Of a stretch of 64,000 nt of DNA, positions 42,186 to 54,599 are shown in pieces. This DNA is from Synechococcales cyanobacterium VAR_4_metabat_354. Lineage in GTDB: Bacteria > Cyanobacteriota > Cyanobacteriia > Cyanobacteriales > Chamaesiphonaceae. The first letter of the stretch is position 1. Each line of letters opens with the position of its first letter. The translations under genes and the position numbers were made by a program. The stretch is taken from the NCBI GenBank assembly GCA_031414775.1, contig JANOQI010000016.1, positions 192,001 to 256,000 on the forward strand. Reading direction: 5' to 3'. The notes under the pieces were generated by a model. It saw nothing but the letters and a program-made list of their open reading frames with translations. It made no database searches and was not told the origin of the DNA.

Positions 42186-44192
42186 GTGGAGAAAGGTACT
42201 TTAGTAGAATTTTGGCATAATGGCGAACGACGCTTAGGAATTTGCGATCGACCAGAAGGCAAAAAACTTTGGGCTGTAATTGATGCGCGTCAACAGTCGC
42301 ACAATCTTCATCCCACCAAAGACATTACCTACACCGTAGCTGGTGTTAGTTTTAAGCAGTCAGCCGAGATTGACAAATTCTTAGCAGCAGTTACTCCCAA
42401 CCTTGATCCGGACAGTTTGTCGGTGGCTTGGGAGATGTTAGTAGATGACGGTGAATCTGTCGATCCAGCCGCGATGGCGGATCTACTCTATGCTGAGCAG
42501 TCTCCCAGTCTATGTTACGCTGCCCATTGTTTGCTGTCTGCCGACAAAGTTTATTTTAAAAATAAAAAAGAACAGAACTACGAACCTAGACCGCGCTCTC
42601 AGGTCAGCGAAATTCAGCACCAGCTAGCAGTCAAAGATCAGAAAGAACAAGAGTTGCGCGGTTTTGTCGAACGGGTACAAACGAAAGCCCAGGGTGAAGA
42701 AGTAGTTTGGTCAGAGATCGATCGACTGCGGTTAGAAACCCTAGAAAAATATGTTTTGCAGCCAGATAATCCGCCCAAAGGCATCACCGAACTATTGGCT
42801 CTGCTCAATCTCACCCAAACCCCTCAGCAGGTTTTTGATTTTCTAGTGACGATGGGTTGGTGGGAACCACACGAAAACTTGTTTTTGCGTAGGTCTCAAA
42901 TTCCCATCAATTTTCTTCCCAAAATTACTGAGGCGGTCGATCGCATGTTAACTGACTTTCCTGCCGATCTAGACACCAACCGCCTCGACCTCACTCATCT
43001 CAAGGTCTATACCATTGATGATGAGAGCACCCTAGAAATTGACGATGGTCTCAGCCTGGAAACTTTGGCCGATGGTAGCTGTCAGATCTGGGTACATATT
43101 GCTGACCCCACTCGTTTTGTAGCGGTCGGCGACGAGCTAGATTTAGAAGCCCGGCGGCGTGCCACCACCATCTATATGCCCACCGGCATGATTCCGATGT
43201 TTCCAACCTCTCTAGCTACCGGGCCAATGAGTTTGGTACAGGGGCGAATTTGCTGTGCTCTCAGCTTCGGCATTATCCTAGACGAACAAGGTGCAGTCAG
43301 TGAATATAAAATCACCACCTCCCTAATTAAGCCTACCTACCGTCTCACCTATGAAGATGTCGATGAGATGTTGCAGTTGGGGATTCAAAATGAGCCAGAA
43401 GTTGAAGCCTTTTTCAAACTAGCTAAATTGCGCCATCAGTGGCGACAGTCCCAAGGTTCAATCAACATCAGTATGCCAGAAGCCTCCATTAAGGTGAATG
43501 GCGACGAAGTTTCGATCTCAATTATTGAAGACTCTCCCTCACGGCAGCTAGTCGCCGAAATGATGATTATGACTGGTGAAGTGGGAGCCAAATACGGCCA
43601 AGATCACGATCTACCCTTACCCTATCGGGGTCAACCCCAACCAGAACTGCCCCCCGACGAAGAATTGATGTTGTTGCCACCAGGACCAGTGCGCTTTTGT
43701 GCCATCCGCCGTTGTATGCCGCGCAGTGAGATGTGGGTAAACCCAGCTCGTCATGCCAGCCTGGGCTTAGATACTTACTGCCAAGTTACTTCCCCGATCC
43801 GACGCTATGCTGACATGCTGGCGCATTTTCAGATTAAAGCCCATTTGCGTGGTGATGCACTGCCGTTTGATTCTGAGCAGTTGCAAGACATTATGCAAGT
43901 GATGGTGGCGACTAGCTATGAAGGTCAGCTGATGGAACGGCAAACAAATCGCTACTGGGCATTGGAGTATCTCAACCGCAACAGCGCTCAGCCGTGGGAT
44001 GCACTGATGCTACGCTGGTTGCGGGAGGACGATAGCCTAGGCTTAATCTTGCTCGAAGAATTGGGTTTAGAGCTAGCAATGCGCTTTAACCGCTGGATCA
44101 ATCCTGGCGATCGGATCCAAGTACAAGTTACTTTTGTGGATCCGCGCCAAGATGTCATTCATCTACGTGAAGTTGCTAATCAAGAAGCGTAG
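42186..44192 (+). CDS. rnb: Ribonuclease II/R (RNB domain)
   Basis: TIDDESTLEIDDGLS, VHIADP and TSPIRRY motifs. Follows rpmG-rpsR. Confidence 0.92.
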   Translation: MEKGTLVEFWHNGERRLGICDRPEGKKLWAVIDARQQSHNLHPTKDITYTVAGVSFKQSAEIDKFLAAVTPNLDPDSLSVAWEMLVDDGESVDPAAMADLLYAEQSPSLCYAAHCLLSADKVYFKNKKEQNYEPRPRSQVSEIQHQLAVKDQKEQELRGFVERVQTKAQGEEVVWSEIDRLRLETLEKYVLQPDNPPKGITELLALLNLTQTPQQVFDFLVTMGWWEPHENLFLRRSQIPINFLPKITEAVDRMLTDFPADLDTNRLDLTHLKVYTIDDESTLEIDDGLSLETLADGSCQIWVHIADPTRFVAVGDELDLEARRRATTIYMPTGMIPMFPTSLATGPMSLVQGRICCALSFGIILDEQGAVSEYKITTSLIKPTYRLTYEDVDEMLQLGIQNEPEVEAFFKLAKLRHQWRQSQGSINISMPEASIKVNGDEVSISIIEDSPSRQLVAEMMIMTGEVGAKYGQDHDLPLPYRGQPQPELPPDEELMLLPPGPVRFCAIRRCMPRSEMWVNPARHASLGLDTYCQVTSPIRRYADMLAHFQIKAHLRGDALPFDSEQLQDIMQVMVATSYEGQLMERQTNRYWALEYLNRNSAQPWDALMLRWLREDDSLGLILLEELGLELAMRFNRWINPGDRIQVQVTFVDPRQDVIHLREVANQEA

Positions 44193-44206
44193 GCTCTTTC
44201 TTGAAT

Positions 44207-45460
44207 TTATTCCTCCGCAAAAAACTCTTCGGCATACTCACTTTGTTCTAATTCCAGAGATAAAAATATTGATAATTGAAGAACTAAAAAAATGTTGTTT
44301 TGAATAAAAAGACCACTTTCAGTGAGATTAGATAAAACAATATAAAGAAGTAACAAACTTGGCCACAGACCGTCAGATGTTTGATTGAATTCAATGTATG
44401 TTAGAGCATTTACCAGACAAACAAAAAACTGGAGAGCATAGATCGTCAAGCCGACTATTCCTAGTTCTAGCAAAATATCTAAGTAACCATTGTGGGCATT
44501 GGGTGCCGCAAAAAAGATCGCATCCCAGACATATCTAGATGGCCCATCTAACCCATTCCAAAATGCTCCAAATCCATATCCTAGCCAAGGTTGTTGTTCG
44601 ATTTTATCTATAACAAGTGGCCACAGATCAGTGCGGCCACTGAAGGTTAGATCCTTTTCAAAAATACCTGCGACAAAATCGGCATTGGAAATAAGTATGA
44701 AATGTAGGACAAAACCGATTAAAGCAATGCCAGATAAAGCTGGCACCATTAAAGCATATTGCCACCGAAAAGTTTGCAGCAAAAAGAAAGCCATAATCAC
44801 AACCGCCAAGTTGATTAATGGTGATGATGCTTTAGACATAATCAATAGAAATATTGATAAACCCAACAAACCCCAATAAATCCATCTTTGTCCTTCTTTT
44901 CTTTGTGCCAAAATTAAGAAAATCACAGCAGCAATACCCATGGTTTTGCCCAAACCATTTTTATTATAAAAAACTCCTCTCCACAACCCGGCGTGAATGC
45001 TGGCCATTTGTCCGTATTGCGGCAAAGCTAGCGCGAATACCAAACTCATTATTGCCCCAATACCCATTGTCCAACCAATCAATTCGATTTGCTCTCTAAT
45101 GGTGTAGCGGCTAGAAAAATAAAGAGAAAAGAAGACGGTGCCACACAGAGCAATAAGGCGATTGAGAGTCATGTTTGGTAAAGCAGACCAGATAATAGAT
45201 GTTATGGAAAACCCGATCAATAGCCAAATTAGCCACCCCTGAGAAATAGTATGGAGTGCTTGTCTCCAGCGCAGTACAAGTAAGCAAAATGTAATGAAAT
45301 ACAATCCTAAAAATATGACATTGATGACAGCAAAATCAGTTTCAGGAGCATTATCTCCTTGGCTAGCCCCCCCCGACAAAATTACTGCTAATATTGCTCC
45401 GGAAAAAAGAGATAAAGTAATGACAGAGAAGGCTTTTTCTAGCAATCCTAGCTTGTTCAT
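44207..45460 (-). CDS. O-antigen ligase/Wzy polymerase family protein, paralogue of 38166-39500
   Basis: GLWRGVFYNKN, FSGRTDLW, PWLGYGFGAFW and NAHNGYL motifs. Confidence 0.85.
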   Translation of the reverse strand: MNKLGLLEKAFSVITLSLFSGAILAVILSGGASQGDNAPETDFAVINVIFLGLYFITFCLLVLRWRQALHTISQGWLIWLLIGFSITSIIWSALPNMTLNRLIALCGTVFFSLYFSSRYTIREQIELIGWTMGIGAIMSLVFALALPQYGQMASIHAGLWRGVFYNKNGLGKTMGIAAVIFLILAQRKEGQRWIYWGLLGLSIFLLIMSKASSPLINLAVVIMAFFLLQTFRWQYALMVPALSGIALIGFVLHFILISNADFVAGIFEKDLTFSGRTDLWPLVIDKIEQQPWLGYGFGAFWNGLDGPSRYVWDAIFFAAPNAHNGYLDILLELGIVGLTIYALQFFVCLVNALTYIEFNQTSDGLWPSLLLLYIVLSNLTESGLFIQNNIFLVLQLSIFLSLELEQSEYAEEFFAEE

Positions 45461-45695
45461 GGTCGGAATTAAAACTCTGAGGTGATTGGATTGGTTGGAT
45501 ATTATTAATCTGAGTGCAACGTACTTGTAAATATATTGCCCAGAAATACTATGGCAGAGAGCTTTTCATGCCATAAATTACTAATATTTATAGTTGTTGC
45601 GTTATTTAAGGACTTGCCCATCGCAAATATTGTTGCTTTGGAAGCTCTGCTTCTTTCCTCGCTACAATATTTATGAACCTCCAGTGGTGATATCT

Positions 45696-46043
45696 ATGTC
45701 TGACTTATCTAAATCCCAATGTGTACCGTGTCATGGTGGTGAAGTCGCAGCTACTCCTGCTGAAATCGATGCCCTTTTACCCCAAATTCCAGCTTGGTGT
45801 CAGTTTCAGGTGAATGGGGTGGATCGGATCGAACGGGTGTATTTATTTAAAGATTTTGTGACGGCCTTGGCTTTTACTAATGCCGTGGGTGAGATTGCCG
45901 AAGCGGCGGCGCATCACCCGGTACTAATGACTGAGTGGGGTCGGGTGACAGTGACCTGGTGGACGCATACGGTGCAAGGGTTACACAAGAATGATTTGAT
46001 CATGGCTGCTAAAACTGATGATCTAGCTCTGAATTTCGGTTAG
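45696..46043 (+). CDS. phhB: Pterin-4-alpha-carbinolamine dehydratase
   Basis: CVPC, FKDFVTALAF, AEAAAHHP and WWTH..GLHKNDLIMAAK motifs. Likely start 45696. Confidence 0.88.
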   Translation: MSDLSKSQCVPCHGGEVAATPAEIDALLPQIPAWCQFQVNGVDRIERVYLFKDFVTALAFTNAVGEIAEAAAHHPVLMTEWGRVTVTWWTHTVQGLHKNDLIMAAKTDDLALNFG

Positions 46044-46048
46044 GGTTT

Positions 46049-47719
46049 ATGTTCGATCGATCAACTATTGACACAGCCATTGATGTCTTAGTTCAGCACA
46101 AAAGAGTGTGGCTGGCGGTGACTTTGCCGCAGCGGATGGTCTATTTACAAAGATGTATGGCCGCCGCACAGACAGCTAGCTCTGGTTGGGTGACAGCGGC
46201 TATGGCGGCTAAGGGTGGCGAGCCTGCTAATTTATTGAGTGGCGAAGAGTGGGCCGCTGGCCCAATGGCTACACTGCTGTATTTACGAACCATGTTACGG
46301 ACGTTGCAATCTCAAGGACAGCCCCAGCCGCCAGCGATTCGGACTAGTCACGGTCAGATGGTGACCACCGTTTTCCCCGATCAATGGATGGATCGGTTAT
46401 TGTGGCCAGGTTATCACGGAGAAGTTTGGATCGAGCCGGGACAATCAGCTAGTCAAGGTGGTTATCCTCACGAGCCTCTCGATGTTCCTGTTAATCAGAT
46501 CGAGGAACTCCCCGGGCGCATAGCGCTGGTGCTAGGAGCCGGAAATATTGCCGTGATTAGCATCCTGGATAGTTTACATAAACTATTGGTCGAAAATCAG
46601 GTGGTGATCTTGAAGATTAATCCAGTAAATGAATATGTGGGGGAATTTATCACCCAGGTATTACAGCCTCTAATTAATGACGGCTTTGTGGCGGTGGTCT
46701 ATGGGGGTGCTGCGGTGGGCAGCTATCTGTGCCAACATCCGGCTATCGACACGGTGCATATCACCGGGTCGCACCATACCCATGATGCGATCGTCTGGGG
46801 TGCGACACCTGCTGAACAACAGGATCGAAGGGCGACCAATCAGCCACTTTTGAACAAGCCAATTACCTCCGAACTGGGTTGTGTAACTCCGGTATTGGTG
46901 GTGCCTGGTAACTGGTCAGACCGGGACTTGCGCTGGCAGGCGCGACATGTGGCGAGTATGGTGGTACATAATGCCAGCTTTAACTGTACGGCGGCGCAAG
47001 TACTGGTGTTGGCGCGGGGCTGGAGCCAACGCCAGCTGTTTTTAGACTACTTGCGATCGGAGTTAGCGCAAGCCCCACCCCGCAAGGCTTATTATCCTGG
47101 TGCTGCTGAACGTTATCAAGCTTTCCTCGATCGATACCCCCAGGCAGAGGTTTTAGGGAGCAAAGATTCAGCGGTTCCTTGGACGCTGATTCCTGATGTA
47201 CCAGCTCAGACTGGTGAGTTGGTGCTGACAATGGAGGCTTTTTGCGGAATCTTGGCCGAAGTTAGTCTAGATGCTAGCAATGCTACGGACTTTTTGGAGC
47301 AAGCTGTAGACTTTGTCAATGCCAGTATCTGGGGCAGCTTATCCTGTGTGGTGCTGATCAATAAAAAGACCCAGCAATCGCATCAGACTATTTTGGAACG
47401 TTCGATCGGCAGCTTGCGCTATGGCAGTATTGGGGTGAATATTTGGAGTGGTATGAATTTTGCGGTGCCAGCAATGACTTGGGGGGCTTTTCCCGGTAAT
47501 TCGATCGAAGATGTGGAATCAGGCATCGGGATTATGCACAATGCTTATCTTTTCGATCATCCACAAAAGTCGATCGTTTATGCGCCGTTTCGGATGCTGG
47601 TGCCACCGGTTTATTTGATTGGTGCTAAGAATGTCCTCAAAATTGCCCAATGTTATGGAGATTTGCAGGTTCACCCTAATTTATGGAATCTGCTGCGGGT
47701 TTTACTGGCCAATTTATGA
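46049..47719 (+). CDS. Aldehyde dehydrogenase family protein
   Basis: LGAGN, LKINP, HITGS, SELG (catalytic Glu), FNC (catalytic Cys) and EAFC motifs. Confidence 0.85.
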   Translation: MFDRSTIDTAIDVLVQHKRVWLAVTLPQRMVYLQRCMAAAQTASSGWVTAAMAAKGGEPANLLSGEEWAAGPMATLLYLRTMLRTLQSQGQPQPPAIRTSHGQMVTTVFPDQWMDRLLWPGYHGEVWIEPGQSASQGGYPHEPLDVPVNQIEELPGRIALVLGAGNIAVISILDSLHKLLVENQVVILKINPVNEYVGEFITQVLQPLINDGFVAVVYGGAAVGSYLCQHPAIDTVHITGSHHTHDAIVWGATPAEQQDRRATNQPLLNKPITSELGCVTPVLVVPGNWSDRDLRWQARHVASMVVHNASFNCTAAQVLVLARGWSQRQLFLDYLRSELAQAPPRKAYYPGAAERYQAFLDRYPQAEVLGSKDSAVPWTLIPDVPAQTGELVLTMEAFCGILAEVSLDASNATDFLEQAVDFVNASIWGSLSCVVLINKKTQQSHQTILERSIGSLRYGSIGVNIWSGMNFAVPAMTWGAFPGNSIEDVESGIGIMHNAYLFDHPQKSIVYAPFRMLVPPVYLIGAKNVLKIAQCYGDLQVHPNLWNLLRVLLANL

Positions 47720-47759
47720 AGCCGAGTGCAGGTGATTTTAGCCTAAATGTCCAAAGACC

Positions 47760-48098
47760 ATGAGTCGAATTGATCGTGAAATTTTTCTCGATACCAGGCA
47801 TTTCGCAAAACATCTTCCTACTACTGATCAAGTGAATCGACTGTTAAAGAGTGGTCGAGCTGCTCATATATTTAACGACCATGAAACCATGTTGTGGGTT
47901 GCTCAAGCTATCATAGAAAGAGGTACCTATACTGGCAATACCAGAGGTTATGAGCGTTACGGTTTAATGTTTACAGAACCGATAGGCTTGAGGATAAGCC
48001 CTGATGGCTCTGTCATTCCTTTGTTATACGGCGAGGTAAAAATTGATGCAGACAACAAATACCATCCCATCCCCCGCACTCGGCCTAGTGCAGAATAG
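47760..48098 (+). CDS. Hypothetical protein (possible small toxin/nuclease)
   Basis: 112-aa ORF overlapping the next ORF, with HF.KH, AHIF and YHPIPR. Function is inferred only. Confidence 0.65.
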   Translation: MSRIDREIFLDTRHFAKHLPTTDQVNRLLKSGRAAHIFNDHETMLWVAQAIIERGTYTGNTRGYERYGLMFTEPIGLRISPDGSVIPLLYGEVKIDADNKYHPIPRTRPSAE

Positions 48099-48324
48099 TT
48101 GGAACTTTCTGGAGGTTTGGATAGATCCGATGCAATCTCCGCCTTATCTTTTATTATTGCTAGGTGATAAAATAGGCAATTGCCACATCTTTGACCCCAC
48201 TAAAAACTATAAACTGATCACCAGTTGCGAGAATTATGATCAGGCACAGCTTTGGCTCTTAGAGGATGAGTATGAACCTCTCGAAGGACGGTTGGCTGGG
48301 TCTGAAATTCGCGAAAATACATAA
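48088..48324 (+). CDS. Small acidic hypothetical protein (possible immunity/antitoxin)
   Basis: GTG at 48088 overlaps the upstream ORF end. W..LEVW.D...PPYLLLL...WLLEDEYE pattern. Confidence 0.6.
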   Translation: MQNSWNFLEVWIDPMQSPPYLLLLLGDKIGNCHIFDPTKNYKLITSCENYDQAQLWLLEDEYEPLEGRLAGSEIRENT

Positions 48325-48338
48325 TTTTATCTTGTGGA

Positions 48339-48382
48339 TTGTTATAAAAAAGCCCTCGCTGAACGAGGGCTTTTTATAACAA
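48339..48382. terminator. Bidirectional intrinsic terminator
   Basis: TTGTTATAAAAAAGCCCTCG-CTGAA-CGAGGGCTTTTTATAACAA between convergent genes. Confidence 0.85.
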
Positions 48383-48383
48383 T

Positions 48384-49295
<912 letters not shown>

Positions 49296-49311
49296 CTATA
49301 TAAAATTTAAG

Positions 49312-51003
49312 TTACTTACCGATCTGGGCTTTAGCGTCGTAAAGAGTCTCGGATGTGATCGAAGTAATGCCGCGATCGATCGCAAATTTTTCGGTATTGC
49401 GTTTGACTTTACCTCGGACAAAGAAGGGGATTTTGTTCAACTCCGCTTCACCATCGGCGCTCCAAGTTACTGTCCCTGGAGTATCCGGGGGAGCTTCGAT
49501 AGTTAAAACTGCTTGATTAGAGCCTGCTGTGGCGGTCGCGACTGGTGATCGATCGACAGCATTGCTAACGACTACTTCCCGATCAGAGTGGTGAGTGGGG
49601 GCACTATGTAAATGGCTCATATGTCCTTCGCCGAACTCAAAATCTTCCCGGAACATTCCGATCAGATGTTCTTCCAGACCCATCATCAGCGGATGCACCC
49701 AGTCATCAAAGATCACGTTGGCACCTTCCCAACCCATTTGGGGGGAATACCGAGCGGGGACGTCTTGAACGTGAATCGGAGCCGAAATGACTGCGCAAGG
49801 GATGCCCAGACGTTTGGAAATATGACGTTCCATCTGAGTGCCCAAAACTAGTTCGGGAGCAGACTCGGCAACTTTGGCTTCCACGGCCAAATAATCGTCA
49901 CTAATCACCGCTTCGATGCCATGCTTTTTAGCAACCTCCCGTACTTCTCTGGCAAATTCGCGGCTATAGGTACCAATCCCCACCAGTGTAAATCCTAACT
50001 CTTCGGTAGCCATCCGCGCTGCCGCCAGCACATGGGTGGCATCACCAAAGATAAACACCCGCTTGCCAGTGAGATAAGTGGAGTCCACCGATTTCGAGTA
50101 CCAAGGCAACCGGGAAGCCTGCGCGGGAGCTGCTGATGACAACCGCGCAGCACCCCAACTACCGAGGGTGTCAGCTTGCGACAGGTCCAATGCGGCGCTG
50201 ACATCGATACCAGCGACCTGACCAATTTCAGCAATAAAGTCACGAGTGGCACCGACTCCAATGGGCACTGTCTTGACGGTGGGTTGACCGAAGCTGCGGG
50301 TCAGCCAAGTACAAGTAGTAAGTGCAATTTCGGGATAGAGACAGATATTAAAGTCGGCATCGGGAATTCGTTTTAAGTCGTCGGGTGTCGATCCCAGCGG
50401 CGCGATGACGTTTACATCTACACCGATCTCCGCCAACAACTTAATTACTTCCTGAATATCATCCCGACAGCGAAAACCTAAAGCGGTAGGGCCAATAATG
50501 TTGGCTTTGGGGCGAATGCTGGGATCGCGCGGTGGGCGGGGTGTATTGGGCGCGGGCACCACTGGCAACAACAAAGCCCGAACTAGATGATAGAGGGTTT
50601 CGCTAGCCCCCCAATTTTCTTTTTTGGAATAAGCCGGTAGTTCTAGACTGACCACCGGGATCGGCAATCCCATACTCTTGGCCAGTGATCCGGGTTGATC
50701 TTGAATGAGTTCGGCGGTGCAGCTTTCACCCACCAACATTACCTGTGGCTGAAAGCGATCATAGGCATCGCGCACCGATGCTTTGACCATCTCGGCGGTA
50801 TCACCACCCAAATCGCGGGCTTGAAAGGTGGTGTAAGTTACCGGCGGACGGCGATCACGACGCTCGATCATTGTAAACAATAGATCAGCGTAAGTATCGC
50901 CTTGAGGGGCATGAAGCACATAATGCACTCCTTCCATCGCCGTCGCAATCCGCATTGCTCCTACATGGGGCGGGCCTTCGTAAGTCCACAGGGTTAATTC
51001 CAT
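49312..51003 (-). CDS. chlB: Light-independent protochlorophyllide reductase subunit B (BchB/alpha-cyanobacterial type)
   Basis: [46 protein letters not shown] and C-terminal [10 protein letters not shown] domain. Confidence 0.95.
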   Translation of the reverse strand: MELTLWTYEGPPHVGAMRIATAMEGVHYVLHAPQGDTYADLLFTMIERRDRRPPVTYTTFQARDLGGDTAEMVKASVRDAYDRFQPQVMLVGESCTAELIQDQPGSLAKSMGLPIPVVSLELPAYSKKENWGASETLYHLVRALLLPVVPAPNTPRPPRDPSIRPKANIIGPTALGFRCRDDIQEVIKLLAEIGVDVNVIAPLGSTPDDLKRIPDADFNICLYPEIALTTCTWLTRSFGQPTVKTVPIGVGATRDFIAEIGQVAGIDVSAALDLSQADTLGSWGAARLSSAAPAQASRLPWYSKSVDSTYLTGKRVFIFGDATHVLAAARMATEELGFTLVGIGTYSREFAREVREVAKKHGIEAVISDDYLAVEAKVAESAPELVLGTQMERHISKRLGIPCAVISAPIHVQDVPARYSPQMGWEGANVIFDDWVHPLMMGLEEHLIGMFREDFEFGEGHMSHLHSAPTHHSDREVVVSNAVDRSPVATATAGSNQAVLTIEAPPDTPGTVTWSADGEAELNKIPFFVRGKVKRNTEKFAIDRGITSITSETLYDAKAQIGK

Positions 51004-51047
51004 AATTCCTGATGAGTTGGTGATGAGTAAAGCTAAAAAATTTAATC

Positions 51048-52403
<1,356 letters not shown>

Positions 52404-52534
52404 TCAGAAAAGTGCGATCGCCAAGCAATTGATAAATTAGCTCCCTTTACTATATTTAGTAACGCCAAAAGACAGCGCAAAAGTTGCAAAGGTTTACAGG
52501 AAAGCGTACTTGTTCGTTCTATATCGGCGGCATT

Positions 52535-53077
52535 CTACCCGATCCCCAGATCTATGACAAAATCATCATCGTCCTCAAACTCTTCTGCCCCAACAATTTT
52601 TATAATTACAGCTCGGACAACTGAGCGTACTTGAGCATGAGTCCAGCGTTCATCTGGATTCACCAAACTGCTGGGGTGATGTGCTACCGACCAAATTACT
52701 ATATCTTTGATGGCGATCGGCATAAAGATCACTCCGGTACCAAATCCAAAGGGTGGTGAGGCCGGCAGTCCCGCTTGAGCAAAAATTGCTTGCCAAGCAC
52801 CCTGGCGCTGCTCTGGGGGTAGTAGTTTACGTAATTTACTATTGGGTCGAATTTGGGCACGAGGCACACCTAAAACGCTACAAAAAGCTTGGCGAATACG
52901 ATGATAAGCGCGTAATTTTAGACAAACTCCCACCACTCGATCGGATGCTCCCACTTTGGCTGAAATAAGATCGATCGCGTGCCTTGGAGTCCGCAGCTCA
53001 GCTATTTCAGCATCGTTTAGCTTAATTTCAAAAGCATTTTCCCAGCCCATTATTATTTCAACAGCATCTAGTCCCAT
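52535..53077 (-). CDS. Acyl-carrier-protein-like hypothetical protein (apparently permuted, no Ppant Ser)
   Basis: Starts MGLDAVEIIM..E..F.I.L.D.E and ends ...VRAVIIKIVG...DDDFVIDLGIG. Confidence 0.6.
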   Translation of the reverse strand: MGLDAVEIIMGWENAFEIKLNDAEIAELRTPRHAIDLISAKVGASDRVVGVCLKLRAYHRIRQAFCSVLGVPRAQIRPNSKLRKLLPPEQRQGAWQAIFAQAGLPASPPFGFGTGVIFMPIAIKDIVIWSVAHHPSSLVNPDERWTHAQVRSVVRAVIIKIVGAEEFEDDDDFVIDLGIG

Positions 53078-53151
53078 ATACTCACCAGTCGGAACAACCA
53101 TTCTCAACTGTACGATAATTGAGAAGTGTCCTTCATTATTAAAATCTTCTT

Positions 53152-54582
53152 GTGACAGTTAGAGTTCGTATTGCCCCCAGCCCCACCGGAAATCTTCATA
53201 TCGGCACCGCCCGTACGGCCGTTTTCAACTGGCTCTTTGCCCGCCATCTTGGTGGCCAGTTTATTGTGCGGTTAGAAGACACCGACTTAGAGCGATCGAA
53301 AGATGAATACACCCAGAATATCTTAGACGGTTTGAAATGGTTGGGTTTAAACTGGGATGAGGGCCCTTTGTTCCAATCGCAGCGCCTTGATCTTTATAGC
53401 AAAGGTATTCAGCAACTGCTCGATCGCCAGTTAGCCTACCGCTGCTATACCACCACCGCCGAACTAGACGAACTGCGGGCTGGCCAAGAAGCTCGGCAAG
53501 TTGCGCCCCGTTACGATAATCGCCATCGGAATTTGACCCCGGAGCAAGAAGCGGCTTTTATTGCCGAAGGTCGGCAGCCAGTGATTCGCTTTCAGATTGA
53601 TGACCAGCAAGAAATTGTCTGGAATGACCTAGTCCGTGGTCGAGTGAGTTGGAAGGGTAGTGACTTGGGCGGCGACATGGTAATTGCCCGTGCTGCTGAC
53701 CAGCACAGTGTTGGTCAACCGCTTTATAACTTGGCTGTAGTTATTGATGACATTGATATGCAGATTACTCATGTGATTCGTGGCGAAGACCACATTGCTA
53801 ATACTGCCAAGCAAATTCTGCTCTATCACGGGTTAGGTGTGAAGGTGCCCGAATTTGCCCATACACCACTGATTCTCAGTCCCACGGGCAAAAAACTTTC
53901 CAAGCGGGACGGCGTAACTTCTATTTGGGATTTCAAGGATCTGGGCTACACCGCCAAGGCATTGGTCAATTACATGACCTTGCTGGGCTGGTCTGCTCCA
54001 GACGGCGAAGAAATCTTTGACTTAGAGGGTGCGGCTAAGCAATTTGGGTTCGATCGAGTGAACAAAGCCGGGGCTAAATTTGACTGGGACAAGCTAAATT
54101 GGGTTAATAGCCAGTATCTACATGCCATGTCACCGGAGGAGTTGTTGCCAGAAATCTTGCCTTACTGGGAGAAAGCTGGTTTTGATGTAAATGTCGATCG
54201 AACTTGGTTGCTACAACTCACCACTTTGATTGGTGCCAGTCTGACAACCTTAAAAGATGCGGTGGAGATCAGCCGCACTTTCTTTACGGTAGCATCACCG
54301 CTGCATGAAGAAGCCCAAGCTCAAATTGCTCAAGAAGGAGCTAAGGCTATTTTGGCCAGCTTGTTGACTGCTGTGCAAGCAACCCCAGACTTTAACGAAG
54401 AAGCAGCCAAGGGCATCATTAACCGTGTAACCAAGGAGCATGGCGTGAAGAAAGGGATGGTGATGCGCAGTCTGCGTGCTGCTCTGAGTGGCGAAGTCCA
54501 TGGACCCGATCTGATTCAATCGTGGTTATTGTTGCATCAGCAAAATCTAGCGGTGCCAAGAATTCAGAGTGCTTTGAGCTAG
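53152..54582 (+). CDS. gltX: Glutamate--tRNA ligase
   Basis: [27 protein letters not shown] and KLSKR motifs. Confidence 0.97.
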   Translation: MTVRVRIAPSPTGNLHIGTARTAVFNWLFARHLGGQFIVRLEDTDLERSKDEYTQNILDGLKWLGLNWDEGPLFQSQRLDLYSKGIQQLLDRQLAYRCYTTTAELDELRAGQEARQVAPRYDNRHRNLTPEQEAAFIAEGRQPVIRFQIDDQQEIVWNDLVRGRVSWKGSDLGGDMVIARAADQHSVGQPLYNLAVVIDDIDMQITHVIRGEDHIANTAKQILLYHGLGVKVPEFAHTPLILSPTGKKLSKRDGVTSIWDFKDLGYTAKALVNYMTLLGWSAPDGEEIFDLEGAAKQFGFDRVNKAGAKFDWDKLNWVNSQYLHAMSPEELLPEILPYWEKAGFDVNVDRTWLLQLTTLIGASLTTLKDAVEISRTFFTVASPLHEEAQAQIAQEGAKAILASLLTAVQATPDFNEEAAKGIINRVTKEHGVKKGMVMRSLRAALSGEVHGPDLIQSWLLLHQQNLAVPRIQSALS

Positions 54583-54599
54583 AAGGCTGGCTAGGTCAA

